A stretch of 57,437 nt of DNA from Aplysia californica (GCF_000002075.1 NW_004797693.1:610371-667807); one strand, 5' to 3'; counted from the first letter of the stretch, positions 38,501-47,222 are shown. Program-made: numbers and translations. The notes: a model not told the origin generated them from the letters alone.

Positions 38501-39668
38501 GCATACTCGAACATGAATGTGAAAACATGCTCGTGACAAAGAGGGTCACAGCAAGCCTCCTAAATGACCTAAATCATGTCATTTGAAGTGTAAAATCACT
38601 TACTTTTAAAAAAAATTGATGTTCTGTTTCTTTTCCCCTTTTTTCTAGGAATGGGTGTGGCCAGTGGGCTTCTTCCTGCGTGCCAAGTTGTATTTTGCCA
38701 GTAAACTGGAGAAAACACAGCCAGGCATTCTGGAGAAGACCAAGCTGTATGCTATCTCCGTGCTCTGCAAACACTATGCTGAGATCTTGAACAACCCCTG
38801 GCAGGGACTACCGGAGCTCACCAACTCAGACGGAAAGGTGGGGGTGTTCTTTTTCAGAACACTGATTTGTTCTTAGGTGTTTTTTTTAGTTTTAATAAAA
38901 GTTTTACAGCATTCGCGGCATATAAGTGCAGAAGATTAGAGATGTTACCAAAGAGTAACATACAAAAAAGGAGAGATAAGGACGACAGATGTTTGATGGG
39001 AAAGATTGAGCAAACCACACCGATGCATCTTCCAACCACCCATTAATTTGTTCTGTTTTTAGTTTGTTCAGTCACTTCACTGCTTTGGACGACTTTAACT
39101 CGGAGGGCATTTTCAGCTTCAGTCTTTTGGTGCATGAAAAGACACAAAATGGCCAAGCCTCATTTCAGAGTTAATTGTGATTTTGGTTAAGTTTTCATCA
39201 CTTTTCTAGTTGTATTGTGTTCATATGTTTGTGTGTGTGTGTGTGCCTTGAGAAAGGTCCCAGTTGTCGGAAATATTAGATATTAAATTAAGGGCATATT
39301 CTTGTAGCAAATTCAATGCTGAACACGCTGGGGGTTTTTTAATTTTGTGAATATCTTGAACTGTTTTAAAGATATGCCACATTTTGTAACTCAGGGTTAA
39401 GAACAAAGTTTTGATAAAAACCCTATTTCTAGCACATTTTCAACCTTTGGTGAAGTACAATATGTTGCAAAAATAACTGACAAAAAATATTTAGACTTAA
39501 AATATTATAAAATCCTTTCAATACATTTTTTTAAGAAACTGGTTCGTCGTGTGCTTTTTGATGGAACTAAATTTATGACCAAGTGCCACTTTTTTTGGCC
39601 TTTTCACTCTGTTGCTCAAAATTAGCTTGGTCGACAACTGGGACCTTTCTCCTGACAAACACACACGC

Positions 39669-39713
<45 letters not shown>

Positions 39714-40512
39714 CATTTTTCGTGATCTATGTACGTCCCTCCTACTAATCTAGCCATAAGTGCAGACTTCCATCTCTGTTTAAAGTCATATAACCGCTAT
39801 AACTAGTGAGCAGCAATGGACATGCAACTTGAGGCAGGACATTTTGTAAGATGGTAATGAATGCTGATGCTAAGGGTTGGACTAATGTTCAAATTCTCAG
39901 CCGTTTTGTCTTGAGGCAAGATGTTTGTAAATGAGGCCATCTACCCGCTCGTTTTGTTCTGAGAGGTGATAAAAAGCCTTCACTCAAGAATTGAACAATT
40001 ATACAAATGTTCACAACTTCCAGTACCATGTAGCACTGTTGTAGCACTGTTTTGTACATGGGGGGTTGAATTTTTTTTATTTACTCTGATAGTTAGAAGG
40101 CCTCTCCTTATGGACACCCTACTTCTTGCCTGTTCTTTTATTGTTTCTGTCTGCATTGCCTCTTCCCAGCACTAAAATCAGGGATACCATTTTTTGGAGG
40201 TTCCCCCTCCGTATGTTTTTTTCTGATATTCTCTGAAATGTGTTTGAAGAACAGTTTTTATTCTCAGCATTTTGTGATTTTTTTTTATTTGTGGCTGCTT
40301 ACTGTCTTGTTGTTTGCAAATACAGCTTCATAGATTTTCAGTTATTTCTCAAAATCCCAGTGGCATCCTGTATAATAATGTTCTTCTCTTTAACTCACAT
40401 ACTGATTTGTTGTCTGTATTCTCAGTACTGTGAGGGCAGCTGTCGCACCCAGGCCTGGAGTGCAGCCACAATCCTGGAAGTTCTGTACGATCTATCCAAG
40501 CTGGAGGAGTAG
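2349..40512 (+). CDS. AGL: Glycogen debranching enzyme gene (28 visible coding exons; 5'-most coding exon not identified)
   Basis: Spliced exons give one open frame (4556 nt, entering in phase 1) colinear with metazoan AGL: [98 protein letters not shown]. All introns are GT-AG. Confidence 0.97.
2715..2852 (+). mobile_element. Family A copy (3' part)
   Basis: GTAACACCTCTAGTCTTCGGCGCTTATATGACC...GTGCCGTAAA. Confidence 0.7.
3246..3405 (+). CDS. AGL: AGL exon (GGGFFLVDP...[14 protein letters not shown])
   Basis: tacag acceptor, CAG|gtgtcc donor; matches GGGYIVVDP...KCLGPFDEW. Confidence 0.92.
4400..4582 (+). CDS. AGL: AGL exon ([19 protein letters not shown]...ASMG)
   Basis: tgcag acceptor, GGG|gtacct donor; GYNMIHFTP motif. 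Confidence 0.92.
4943..5128 (+). mobile_element. Family A copy (diverged)
   Basis: GTGGGTGGCTGGCAGG...TTATATGGCC...GTGCTGTAAAAC. Confidence 0.75.
5347..5565 (+). CDS. AGL: AGL exon ([13 protein letters not shown]...EEHLS)
   Basis: tttcag / gtaggt; DxVYNHTA GH13 region I. Confidence 0.94.
5608..5745 (-). mobile_element. SINE 3' fragment with L2-like tail (family D)
   Basis: Reverse complement matches 26340-26475 and 50035-50185. Confidence 0.7.
5801..5883 (+). pseudogene. Partial duplicate of the acceptor and first 9 codons of AGL exon 4400-4582
   Basis: GTGTGCTGATtgAG GTAGCGGaaGAGACTGGCTACAACATG versus GTGTGCTGATgcAG GTAGCGGctGAGACTGGCTACAACATG at 4386-4426; upstream intron also aligns. 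Confidence 0.8.
6200..6370 (+). mobile_element. Family A copy
   Basis: GGTTGGTGGGTGCTCTAG...TTATATGACCTAATTGTG..CAAGTGCCATAAAA. Confidence 0.8.
6762..6870 (+). CDS. AGL: AGL exon ([20 protein letters not shown]...KAVE)
   Basis: cctttcag / gtgagc; aligns to IFPKLKLWEFFQV; phases fit. Confidence 0.88.
7413..7536 (+). CDS. AGL: AGL exon (...[20 protein letters not shown]...)
   Basis: ttccacag / gtaagt; matches [20 protein letters not shown]. Confidence 0.92.
8724..8741 (+). CDS. Candidate 18-nt alternative microexon of AGL (adds VFGDAG)
   Basis: tttttctgtgaacctttcag|AGTGTTCGGAGATGCAGG|gtaaag; phase 2-2, fits between the flanking exons without a stop. Confidence 0.4.
9496..9843. mobile_element. 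MITE with imperfect ~27-bp TIRs and ATAT ends
   Basis: ATATGTGAGGCGCCATGGGAAAATCAG ... CTGATTTTCCTTTTGCGCCTCCCATAT. Confidence 0.7.
12588..12800 (+). CDS. AGL: AGL exon ([14 protein letters not shown]...[16 protein letters not shown])
   Basis: ttacag / gtgagg; matches IEECC...HGPKLGPV..HPL. Confidence 0.9.
13241..13283 (+). ncRNA. Penelope-type minimal hammerhead ribozyme relic
   Basis: CTGATGA-A-GCC(cttgatca)GGC-GAAA-CGTT; palindromic AACGTT stem III; stem I poorly paired. Confidence 0.5.
13640..13776 (+). CDS. AGL: AGL exon (YFVIP...[19 protein letters not shown])
   Basis: ttccag / gtagga; [14 protein letters not shown] motif. Confidence 0.95.
14137..15648 (-). mobile_element. Decayed Tc1-family (DD34E) DNA transposon
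   Basis: 28-bp TIRs CCRAGTTGCAAAAGTTCTGTCACACCCA, TA on both sides; minus-strand transposase remnant QDNTRP...[15 protein letters not shown]...GRGHTPY* (34 aa between D and E) and N-terminal [11 protein letters not shown]; stops and frameshifts. Confidence 0.92.
15653..16448. mobile_element. Tc1/mariner (pogo/Tigger-like) non-autonomous MITE
   Basis: TA|CAGTCAAACCTG ... CAGGTTCGACTG|TA; repeated subterminal RGTGGCCGT..AAGACAGG motifs. Confidence 0.85.
16459..16650 (+). repeat. Degenerate ~33-bp minisatellite (5-6 units) overlapping the acceptor of exon 16635
   Basis: Units resemble TWATTCYCAGGTCRCTATGTRTAYATATCRYT. Confidence 0.7.
16635..16822 (+). CDS. AGL: AGL exon with transferase nucleophile Asp (RLDNCHSTP)
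   Basis: tctcag / gtgagg; VYLRREL.WGDSVKL.YG...RLDNCHSTP. Confidence 0.96.
17053..18243. mobile_element. Non-autonomous TIR DNA transposon (P/hAT-like), 7-bp TSD
   Basis: Perfect 14-bp TIR CAGACCTGCCACTC/GAGTGGCAGGTCTG; GCTTTCA at 17046-17052 and 18244-18250; subterminal TCCYGATTTT repeats. Confidence 0.85.
18724..18847 (+). CDS. AGL: AGL exon with transferase acid/base Glu (IAELFTGSE)
   Basis: ccccag / gtagga. Confidence 0.96.
19078..19471 (-). mobile_element. ~395-bp non-autonomous retroelement (family B), copy 1
   Basis: Near-identical to 47223-47617; 13-bp TSD TAGGATTTTCTCT (19065-19077, 19472-19484); (TAAAAC)n tail. Confidence 0.9.
20129..20394 (+). CDS. AGL: AGL exon ([15 protein letters not shown]...DQTHDNE...GFDQMVPIH)
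   Basis: cttcag / gtaagt; THDNE GH13 region IV. Confidence 0.96.
21699..21851 (+). CDS. AGL: AGL exon ([10 protein letters not shown]...KQGFSQ)
   Basis: aactag / gtcagt; matches ISVVSEERFY...AKGFIQ. Confidence 0.92.
22093..22630 (+). mobile_element. Older relative of the family C SINE (pyrimidine body + Deu/Nin-like core, different 3' part)
   Basis: Aligns to 48900-49255, e.g. GTGCAAGTTGTGCACATTTAAGATC versus GTGCAAGTTGCGCACGTTAAAGATC; a further fragment at 1-52. Confidence 0.65.
22709..22859 (+). CDS. AGL: AGL exon ([16 protein letters not shown]...ITVQ)
   Basis: tttcag / gtgcgt. Confidence 0.94.
23447..23572 (+). mobile_element. Family A copy (5'-truncated)
   Basis: TTTCCTATCAAACA...ACACCTCTAATC...GTGTTGCAAGTGCCG. 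Confidence 0.75.
23757..23979 (+). CDS. AGL: AGL exon (VINEVILEG...LTPGSVIAF)
   Basis: cctcag / gtatag; INGLP and PGSVI motifs. Confidence 0.94.
24562..24746. repeat. (AAAGT/AAAGC)n pentanucleotide satellite
   Basis: Direct reading. Confidence 0.9.
24855..25126 (+). CDS. AGL: AGL exon (CVLPEQAK...LSLADLN...YCGLR)
   Basis: ccccag / gttaga. Confidence 0.94.
25836..26004 (+). mobile_element. Family A copy
   Basis: TGTGGGTGGTTGGCGGG...GTGTTGCAAGTGCCATAAAA. Confidence 0.8.
26057..26190 (+). CDS. AGL: AGL exon ([27 protein letters not shown]...)
   Basis: ttgcag / gtaaga; NDLGHP..NLR.GDW motif. Confidence 0.95.
26322..26477 (+). mobile_element. Family D SINE fragment
   Basis: GAAGTTGAGATTGTTTCAGAATGCTA...CTGGGGTAAT...TTGTAAAGCGCACAGAGC...TACAAATGC. 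Confidence 0.7.
26478..26870. repeat. CT-rich low-complexity tract followed by poly-G
   Basis: (CCT/CTT)n, then a G-run at ~26847-26871. Confidence 0.9.
27259..27392 (+). CDS. AGL: AGL exon (LGKWFEAIF...[12 protein letters not shown]...MS)
   Basis: tttcag / gtgagt. Confidence 0.95.
28146..28331 (+). mobile_element. Family A copy carrying the family-B-type tail
   Basis: Family A body, then AGCGCTCATATGACCTTATGCAGTTGCGAGCGCTGTAAAACCTCTACTAAAAC. Confidence 0.85.
28377..29078. mobile_element. piggyBac-like non-autonomous element
   Basis: TTAA|CTCACTCAGTCC ... GGATTGAGTGAG|TCTA (right TTAA degenerate). Confidence 0.55.
29183..29361 (+). CDS. AGL: AGL exon ([13 protein letters not shown]...SMSA)
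   Basis: ccccag / gtaggt. Confidence 0.93.
30068..30170 (+). CDS. AGL: AGL exon ([22 protein letters not shown]...EA)
   Basis: tttcag / gtgagc; WGRDTFI glucosidase-domain motif. Confidence 0.96.
30580..30805 (+). CDS. AGL: AGL exon ([19 protein letters not shown]...RFNCRDAVW...PGAV)
   Basis: cctcag / gtgagt. Confidence 0.96.
30992..31205 (-). mobile_element. 5'-truncated RTE-clade LINE 3' end
   Basis: Minus frame [23 protein letters not shown]...W.EL...AQDRDKW..LV...*; (TGA)n tail; 12-bp TSD TGAAATGAAGTT at 30980-30991 and 31206-31217. Confidence 0.9.
31845..31956 (+). CDS. AGL: AGL exon ([12 protein letters not shown]...[17 protein letters not shown])
   Basis: aaacag / gtcagt; FRERNAG motif. 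Confidence 0.93.
32752..32887 (+). CDS. AGL: AGL exon with glucosidase Asp motif ([10 protein letters not shown])
   Basis: tgtcag / gtcagt. Confidence 0.96.
32930..34283 (-). mobile_element. 5'-truncated I-group (Ingi/Nimb-like) non-LTR retrotransposon: RT C-terminus + RNase H
   Basis: Minus frame [14 protein letters not shown]...LD*VQNEAMR...IYTDGS...MEIEAI...ITDS...[18 protein letters not shown]...CPEC; one in-frame TGA at 34038-34040; 11-bp TSD ATTAGTGAGGT at 32919-32929 and 34284-34294; ATGAAC-repeat tail. Confidence 0.93.
34756..34868 (+). CDS. AGL: AGL exon ([10 protein letters not shown]...[11 protein letters not shown])
   Basis: gttcag / gtgagt. Confidence 0.94.
36224..36435 (+). 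CDS. AGL: AGL exon ([10 protein letters not shown]...RRGMYKDS...[12 protein letters not shown])
   Basis: cttcag / gtaatc. Confidence 0.95.
37180..37277 (+). CDS. AGL: AGL exon ([11 protein letters not shown]...[12 protein letters not shown])
   Basis: ctgcag / gtaagt; [11 protein letters not shown] motif. Confidence 0.95.
38194..38281 (+). CDS. AGL: AGL exon ([10 protein letters not shown]...GWNYHQGP)
   Basis: ccgcag / gtaagt; NYHQGP motif. Confidence 0.95.
38649..38837 (+). CDS. AGL: AGL exon ([14 protein letters not shown]...[14 protein letters not shown])
   Basis: ttctag / gtgggg; LPELTN glucosidase Glu motif. Confidence 0.95.
38878..39043 (-). mobile_element. Family A copy
   Basis: Reverse complement matches the consensus; ATTTGTTCT on both flanks. 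Confidence 0.75.
39250..39651. mobile_element. MITE with perfect 20-bp TIRs
   Basis: GAGAAAGGTCCCAGTTGTCG (39250-39269) / CGACAACTGGGACCTTTCTC (39632-39651). Confidence 0.8.
40426..40512 (+). CDS. AGL: AGL last coding exon ([28 protein letters not shown])
   Basis: tctcag acceptor, TAG at 40510-40512; matches [23 protein letters not shown]. Confidence 0.96.
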   Translation, partial: YCEGSCRTQAWSAATILEVLYDLSKLEE

Positions 40513-41712
40513 TATCTGTCTACATAAGCCTGCTCAGCCTCTGGAAACCGCAACAATTTGAAAGAGACTTTCAGTACAGATTGATGAATGTATGTCAAAT
40601 AGCACTTTCTCAAACTCATCTGTTTGCGCGTGTGACCTTGCCAAGTAGTGCACACTGCAAGATGGTTTATTTCTCTGTCTGAGGTATTGATTTGGAGGTG
40701 ATTCGAAGGTCCTAAAAAAATCTAGTGGTGCCATCTTTATTTTTGTGTGTTTTTATATTACTTTTAGAGTGATGTATCTTGTGTACAAAGAGTGGAAGTA
40801 AGGATTGAATGAAACAAATTTCTATTTGAGAAGTGAGAAACAACACATTTTTACTTGCACAAGTGGCACACATCTTAAGATTTGCACACTGATTTTTGAG
40901 GATGCTATCTGTAGAGAGTGAATCTTCATGTAGAGTAGGCCTACTATCTTTGATCCTGCTAGGCAGGACCCTGTCCCCATAGGTGCAACTGGATCTTTCT
41001 CAGATTGTCTTAGATAATGACAAAGATATTGAGATAATGTGATGTGGTTTAAAGGTGCAAATATTAGCTTTTTATCTTCTCTCGCTTCAATGTTCTGCTA
41101 GTGAAAGTTCTGAATTATGTATTTCATGTTGAGAATATGTATCTTCTTTGTCTTACACGAACTTTCAAATTGGTTTTAAAATTTCTGACTTTCTTGCCCG
41201 GTATAGATCAGCCTTTCATTTTGACTTTTCATGGTGCTATAGAGTAACCATTTGAAACTCTGTAGTGATTCTTTTCCACCTCTTTACAACTGAAACTGTT
41301 ATTTTTAAAGTGAAAAAGGTCAGTATTTCTTTCTCTTTGGGTCGCATGACAATGTTTCCTTTTCTAGTTTTCACCACATATGGAATTGTGGACCTAGTGA
41401 CCTGATGGGTGTTTTTTTGCTCAAGAAAGCTGTTTCTTGATTTGGTGTTTAGTGTGAATGTCAACCAGACCTATCGTTGTTCACATACATGTTAAAGATG
41501 AATAGTTTATCAAACTCAAAGTGTCATCTGCTGGAAAAGCTTTAGACCCCATTACATGATGGATGTTTGGTTCCATTTGTTGGATCCGGTTATGATTCTT
41601 AACATAATCAACTGCATTTTATAATAAATATTTATTATATCTGTGCTCTTTCACTGAAGGCCATTATTTTACATGTACACACCATGTTATATTCACATTA
41701 ATATAAATGTGC

Positions 41713-42154
41713 ATGTGTCACAATGTAGTGGAATCAGGCGCTCGTCAGTTTTCAGCATGCAAAATTATTTGTATCATTTTTAAGGTTGTCCATTTGTCTT
41801 GCTTTTTATGAAAAAAGTACTCATCTACTTTGAATAGAATTCGAGACATTTGCAATTGAAGGAGGTGGGGCACCTGGTTTCAGAGGTAAAATTACCGAGA
41901 AAACGGTGGCCAAAGTTGGGTCACTTCCAAAGCGTGAGAGTCCTTGGAAATTGCAAACTTACATTTTTTGTGCCTGTAATAAAAAAATTTAAGTAAAATC
42001 CACACAGAAATGTGTTTTTAAATGGATGTAAAAGGTGTTTATCCAAAAAACAAAAAAATCTATAAAAATGGCCAAACCAGCATAAAAATGCTGGTACGGT
42101 TTCTTCGATTTCATTATTTTGACAAGCGCCTGATTTCACCACATTGTCTCACAT
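41713..42154. mobile_element. MITE with ~35-bp imperfect TIRs; a one-ended relative lies at ~36463-36545
   Basis: ATGTGTCACAATGTAGTGGAATCAGGCGCTCGTCA ... TGACAAGCGCCTGATTTCACCACATTGTCTCACAT. Confidence 0.75.
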
Positions 42155-43947
42155 ATGTATTCTCTACATTTACGTGAATTGTACCCTGTAATGCTAGAAA
42201 GTTCAGAGGAGAGAGAAAAAAAACCATTTCTTAGAAAAATGTATTTTGTAATCAATTTATCTACTTGAATAATGTTTATTTACACTTGGTGTATGAAAGT
42301 GTGTTAGCAAAATCTTGACATGGTAAACATAGGAATGATCCTTGCTCATTATTGTGGACTTGTGGGACCCGGGTCAGCGGTGTTGATTACATTTGGTCAG
42401 GTTTGCTGGTATCAGCATTTGTTGTCATTGTTATCGTCAGTGCGGAGCGTCTATAATGACGAGGACTATGTTGTTTTTGGAAGTATATACCTGTAGATTA
42501 TGGGTACAACCGCCGAGCTGTGAGGAAAATCTGTCGACACTGAGTGGATGTTTATACATTTGTTGTTTATTTTTGCATCTTTAAAACTCTATGTGTGTGT
42601 GTTTGTGTATGAATGAGTGTGTGTGTGTGTGTGAGTGTATAATATGAAAGGGATAAAGTCTTTTTCAATGTTTGTTTTCATTTTTGTCTCCAAAGCAAAC
42701 AGTTCAGGGTTCCAATTGTTGTGATGCTATGAATAAACTTCATTCGGGGATGTGAAATACATTTTGGATCATTTTAGATCCTGTGTTTTTAGAACAGGTA
42801 ATCCATGACTCTTTTTAGAAAAATATTAGATTAACATGTTGGTGCAGGTATGTTACTGCTGTAAGTTTAAACTGTCAGTATTGACATTCCTGTTCTAAAC
42901 TCGTTAGTGAAAGTGTGTTTGTGTGTGTAGAATAGTTTTCCTATTTATCCTGTGCTGTGACATGTCTTTCAGCTGTTGCCAGAATTTGCTCATACTTATA
43001 GAGTAAGCGAATAGAAAATTGTGATGAACTTCGAGTGATGCTTGCTATATATCCCAGACACTGGTCAGAGTAGGTGTGAAGTGTCAGTGACTGACCTCTT
43101 TGGAGCTTAAGGGTACACGCAACTTATTATTTCTACAAGTTTTAAATTTAGAACTTGGTCCACAGCTCTCACTATATGTTACTTTTTCTCAGCAGACTCG
43201 CAATTTTTAAATCCATTTTGATGTTTAAAAAGTGTAGAGCTTTACCTAAGAAATTGACCAGGTTTTTGATCCCGAAAAAGAGATAGGCAAATTTTCTTCA
43301 AATGTCTACATATCATTTTGAACAAGTCCACCTCAAATCCCTAAGAATAAAGAAATTTTTACCTGTGGGTGGGCTAGAAACTGATTTGTACAAGAAAAAT
43401 GACCCTATGTGTGGTTTCTAAAGACTTGGTCAGCATTGTAGATCCCCTCGCATGTTTAATAACTTGTTGCAGGGTGAGTATCAGCTGTCACTGTCAAGTA
43501 GTTTTGCTACCAGCTGGAAAGTCATAGACTGCAAGTTTTAGTCTCTGACTTTCATGTTTCAACTTCAGGGGTTGTCTTGTAAGGCTAGTGTTTGCGGCCA
43601 GCATTTGCAGCATTTATGAAGTGAAATGGTGATACCCTATATGTAAGAGATAGGTTTTGTTGAAGCAGTAATCATGTTTGTTACTCTGTCCTAATGTACA
43701 GAGTTGTGATGTTTGTTTTTCTACTGTCTACTCTACCAGACTGGTAGTTTCTTTACAATACACTTTAGTTTTATCGTTTTGCATAACAACACAAACTCTG
43801 TGTGTCAACGCTATTTTTTTTTTTAGAAAAATCATCTGCTAGAGGTCAAAGTTAACAACGCATATTGAGATTTGTTTGTTAAAGTGTGATTTATTCCCGT
43901 CATTGCTCATAATTATTGTCTTATTCTTTTTTTAAAAACAAATTGTA

Positions 43948-44375
43948 CAGCCGAACCTGTCCTTAAGATCACAGAGAAATTTGACCAAAGTAGACCAGTG
44001 GCCGTTATGGATTGGGTCAGAGTTTTGATGATCACTTATTAGACTTGAAAAAGTCAACAGATGGTTTAAAATCTGAAATCTTGATAAATATAATCTTTCC
44101 ATTTCATTTCCATTAAATTTGTTGTCTATTTTGAGAGCTTCTTTGCTTTGACTGAATATACACACTCAATTGGATGACAGGTTGGCTGAAAATTTTTGTG
44201 GCAAGTAACTGCTGTAAGGCCAACTCGTCGCGAAAATTACTGACCAAACCATGTTGGATAGAGACCACTATAGACAGGTTAAAAATATAGAAAAAATGCA
44301 AAGTTGTCACGGAACGGTGGCCCATTAGACCAGGTGACGGCTAAGGAGAAGTGATCACTAAGACAGGTTCAACTG
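43948..44375. mobile_element. Related Tc1/mariner MITE
   Basis: TA|CAGCCGAACCTGTCCTTAAGATCAC ... GTGATCACTAAGACAGGTTCAACTG; right end interrupted by a retroelement. Confidence 0.75.
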
Positions 44376-44376
44376 T

Positions 44377-44548
44377 TTTGTTGTTTTAGTAAGTGATTTA
44401 CCGCATTTGCAACACAATAAGGTCATATACGTGCCGCAAATTTGAGGTGTTACAAGGGAGTAACAAACATGAACAAGAAGGAGGAAAGATCAATGTTTGA
44501 TAGGAAACAAGAAGCAAATCACACCAGAGCACCCACCAGCCACCCACA
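44377..44548 (-). mobile_element. ~175-bp SINE-like retroelement (family A)
   Basis: Consensus TGTGGGTGGTTGGCGGGTGCTCTGGTGTGGTTTGCTCCTTCTTTCCTATCAAAC...GGCACTTATATGACCTTATTGTGTTGCAAGTGCCGTAAAA; 10-bp TSD GTTCAACTGT (44367-44376, 44549-44558). Confidence 0.85.
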
Positions 44549-44650
44549 GTTCAACTGTAGCGGCAAATGTTCCTTTCTGATAACCTGCTCACTGAACTAG
44601 TGCCATGTTTTGCCCTCATGTTACCTCACAGCTGTATGTTCAGAAGGGAT

Positions 44651-44832
44651 TGTGGATGGTTGGCGGGTGCTCTGGTGTGGTTTGCTCCTTCTTTCCTATC
44701 AAACATCTATCGTCCTTGTCTCTCCTTCTATTTTGTATTTGTTACTCTCTAGTAACACCTCTAATCTTCGGCACTCCTTTGACCTTATTGTGATGCAATT
44801 GGTGAAAAACTCTTACTAAAATTAAAAATTAA
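44651..44832 (+). mobile_element. Family A copy
   Basis: Matches the family A consensus end to end. Confidence 0.85.
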
Positions 44833-46828
44833 CTGAAGAGATCTCTTCTTATGATTCCATCACCCTCTTGGGGACTGCTGATAAATGCTACGGAGATGAA
44901 AAGGAAAAATGACATGTCTTCCATCTATTTTCTTTCAATGTTTTTGTTTGTTTATTAACGTTCTGTTTGTGTATCTGCAGAAAGCAAAAGGATATTTTGG
45001 GAGGTTCATGTCGCCTAAAAATTTGTAAATAAAAGTCTTTATTAGTAAACAAACCAGATTTGTCTCCTACGGTAAATGTGTTTTTAATATAAGTCCCTCC
45101 CCTTTGATTTGAAATGTCACCTTTTTCAACTATAGTCTAGCATGCACATAGCAAAATCGGCGGGGCGGGATCATCTTTTTCTTATGTACAAATTTAGTGT
45201 AATGTTTTAAGCAGATGTTCATAGCGTAGAATAAACGTGTATGAAAAAATTAAGAACCTGAAAAGAAATGCACTATGTGCTTGTTAGACTGAATATATTA
45301 TTTTGATTTTATACAGATTCCTTGCCTGTGACCTTATTTTGGCACTGTGTGACATTGATACAGTGTCTGTGATCTGGCCTTTTACCGTGCAGAAACAGCT
45401 TTGTGAAGGAAAGCTGTAAAATGCAAAGGGAAAAAACCCAGAATGGTGCTATGTGCATTGAAATTAGCAAATCCTCCTTTCAGCTGGCTATTTCTGCAGC
45501 CAAATCAGTTCTGAGCATTGGCATGTCGTTGAGTCAAAGATGAGGATGTAGTTATTTATGTGGTTGTGCCAAATTTGGCATGAATAAGAAACTAAGAAAA
45601 TAAGAAACCATGAATTATCTTACTTAAGATAAATTTAAAAAATGCTCAGTTGATAAGCTGTGATGATGTCAGAATAACATCCAAATTTAATATACCACAT
45701 GTACCATCATGACTGCCTTTTTGTGTTATTTTGTTTGAGTTTTGATGTGTTTTTGTTGTTGGTCTGTTTTTGGATTCTATTTTGTTTGCTACTTATGTAT
45801 TATTGTTAAAGCGAGTTGAAATGGAGAGTTCTGTGATGCTGAGAGTGTCATATTATGCTGGTTTCTGTGTGAATTAAGAAGACATATAGTTTTGAGCTGA
45901 TACGGGATATGCTATCCATCTTTGCAGAAGTGTGTTCAGTCTGTGCTTCTTTCAGACAGTGTGGTTTAGCTGAGAAAGTAAAGAAAACATGGTTCTCTCA
46001 AAGGTCCTGACCATCAATGATTTATTTATAGAGCCATCCATGTTCAGGTGTGATCAGTGCAGGTATAGAGAAACAAGAGCAACAAAGTTTCACCAATGGA
46101 TAAAGTGGTTTATGAAGTGTTTTGCTATTGAGAAAATTCTCGGAGCTGAGATTGAGATGCTGATAAGGAATGTTACTTCTTTTTTTTCTGCCAAGATGTT
46201 GATAAGAAATGTAATTCCGGGGGGGTTTTTCAGCCAAGATGCTGATAAGGAGTGGTTAAATCATATATTACTTAAACTTAAAGTCAGGTTTTCTGAGGAA
46301 TCATTGTTCGTTTTGTTTTTCGTTGTGGATCGCGCCTTTAAGATTCCCACAAAAGTAGTATTTCAATTTTAATTTTCTGTCATTAACCCCATCTTCTTTT
46401 TTTTTCACTACACTGCCACCTCTCTTTTGAGCTTACAGTGTTCATAGGCATGCCATGCTTCTGGACATGCTGCCTGTTATGCTTTTTGTGTTTTGTCTCT
46501 ACTGGGACTAGCGCTGCATGGATAGTTTGTCCGTGGTGTGATAGGAATAGTTCAACGACTATCTGTGATATATTGATGTTGATGCAATTATGGGTGAAAC
46601 TGGAAGTATGATGTGCTGTTTTGGGTGTGGTTCAAAAGTTTTTAAACTAATATGTGAGTCATGTTTCTATGCACGCACAACCCTCTTAGTGTGTAAACTT
46701 ACACATTGATGACTTGGTGCAAGACCTCCAACAAACGCCAGATTGCAAACTGTTGTTTGGCGGAGTCTTGTATCCAGCCATAGACTAATTTGTGAATTAT
46801 TGTCTCTGTGTGTGCGCTCATGTGTGTT

Positions 46829-46859
<31 letters not shown>

Positions 46860-47222
46860 CTGAGAGAGAGAGAGAGAGAGTGTGGGTTGGCAATAATGTA
46901 TGCATATGGGTAAAAATGGAGTTTGAGTTACTTGTTTGTCCTTGGCATTTCAACTTTTTAAAAATTGTGGTTCCTATTTTTTTGTGTGGCAATTTTCTGT
47001 CGAAGGATCTCTTTCTGCTTCTTTCCTGTTTTGATTGTTTTATAACAGTGTTATGACATCACTGGTGTTTTTCCTTTATTATACTTCCCTGTTTGTCACC
47101 ATAGGTCATATACTACTGGCTTACCTTTTAACATTAGCCAATTGAGATCTCACAGATATGAGTAGGAAAATAAATATTCATCTGAGATTTTAATGGTCTT
47201 GGTTATTTAAAAAATGAGCTTT

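Larger units (their letters stand above)
40513..47190 (+). other. Putative AGL 3' UTR with several AATAAA signals
   Basis: AATAAA at 41623, 42732, 45028, 45230, 47169; true end unknown. Confidence 0.3.

Noticed and set aside
40510-40527. Stop-codon readthrough extension
   Set aside because: TAG-T is not a typical readthrough context and only four codons follow before TAA.
41719-41725. Transib/RSS-like CACAATG terminus
   Set aside because: The other end is CATTGTC, the inverted match extends further out, and there is no 5-bp TSD.
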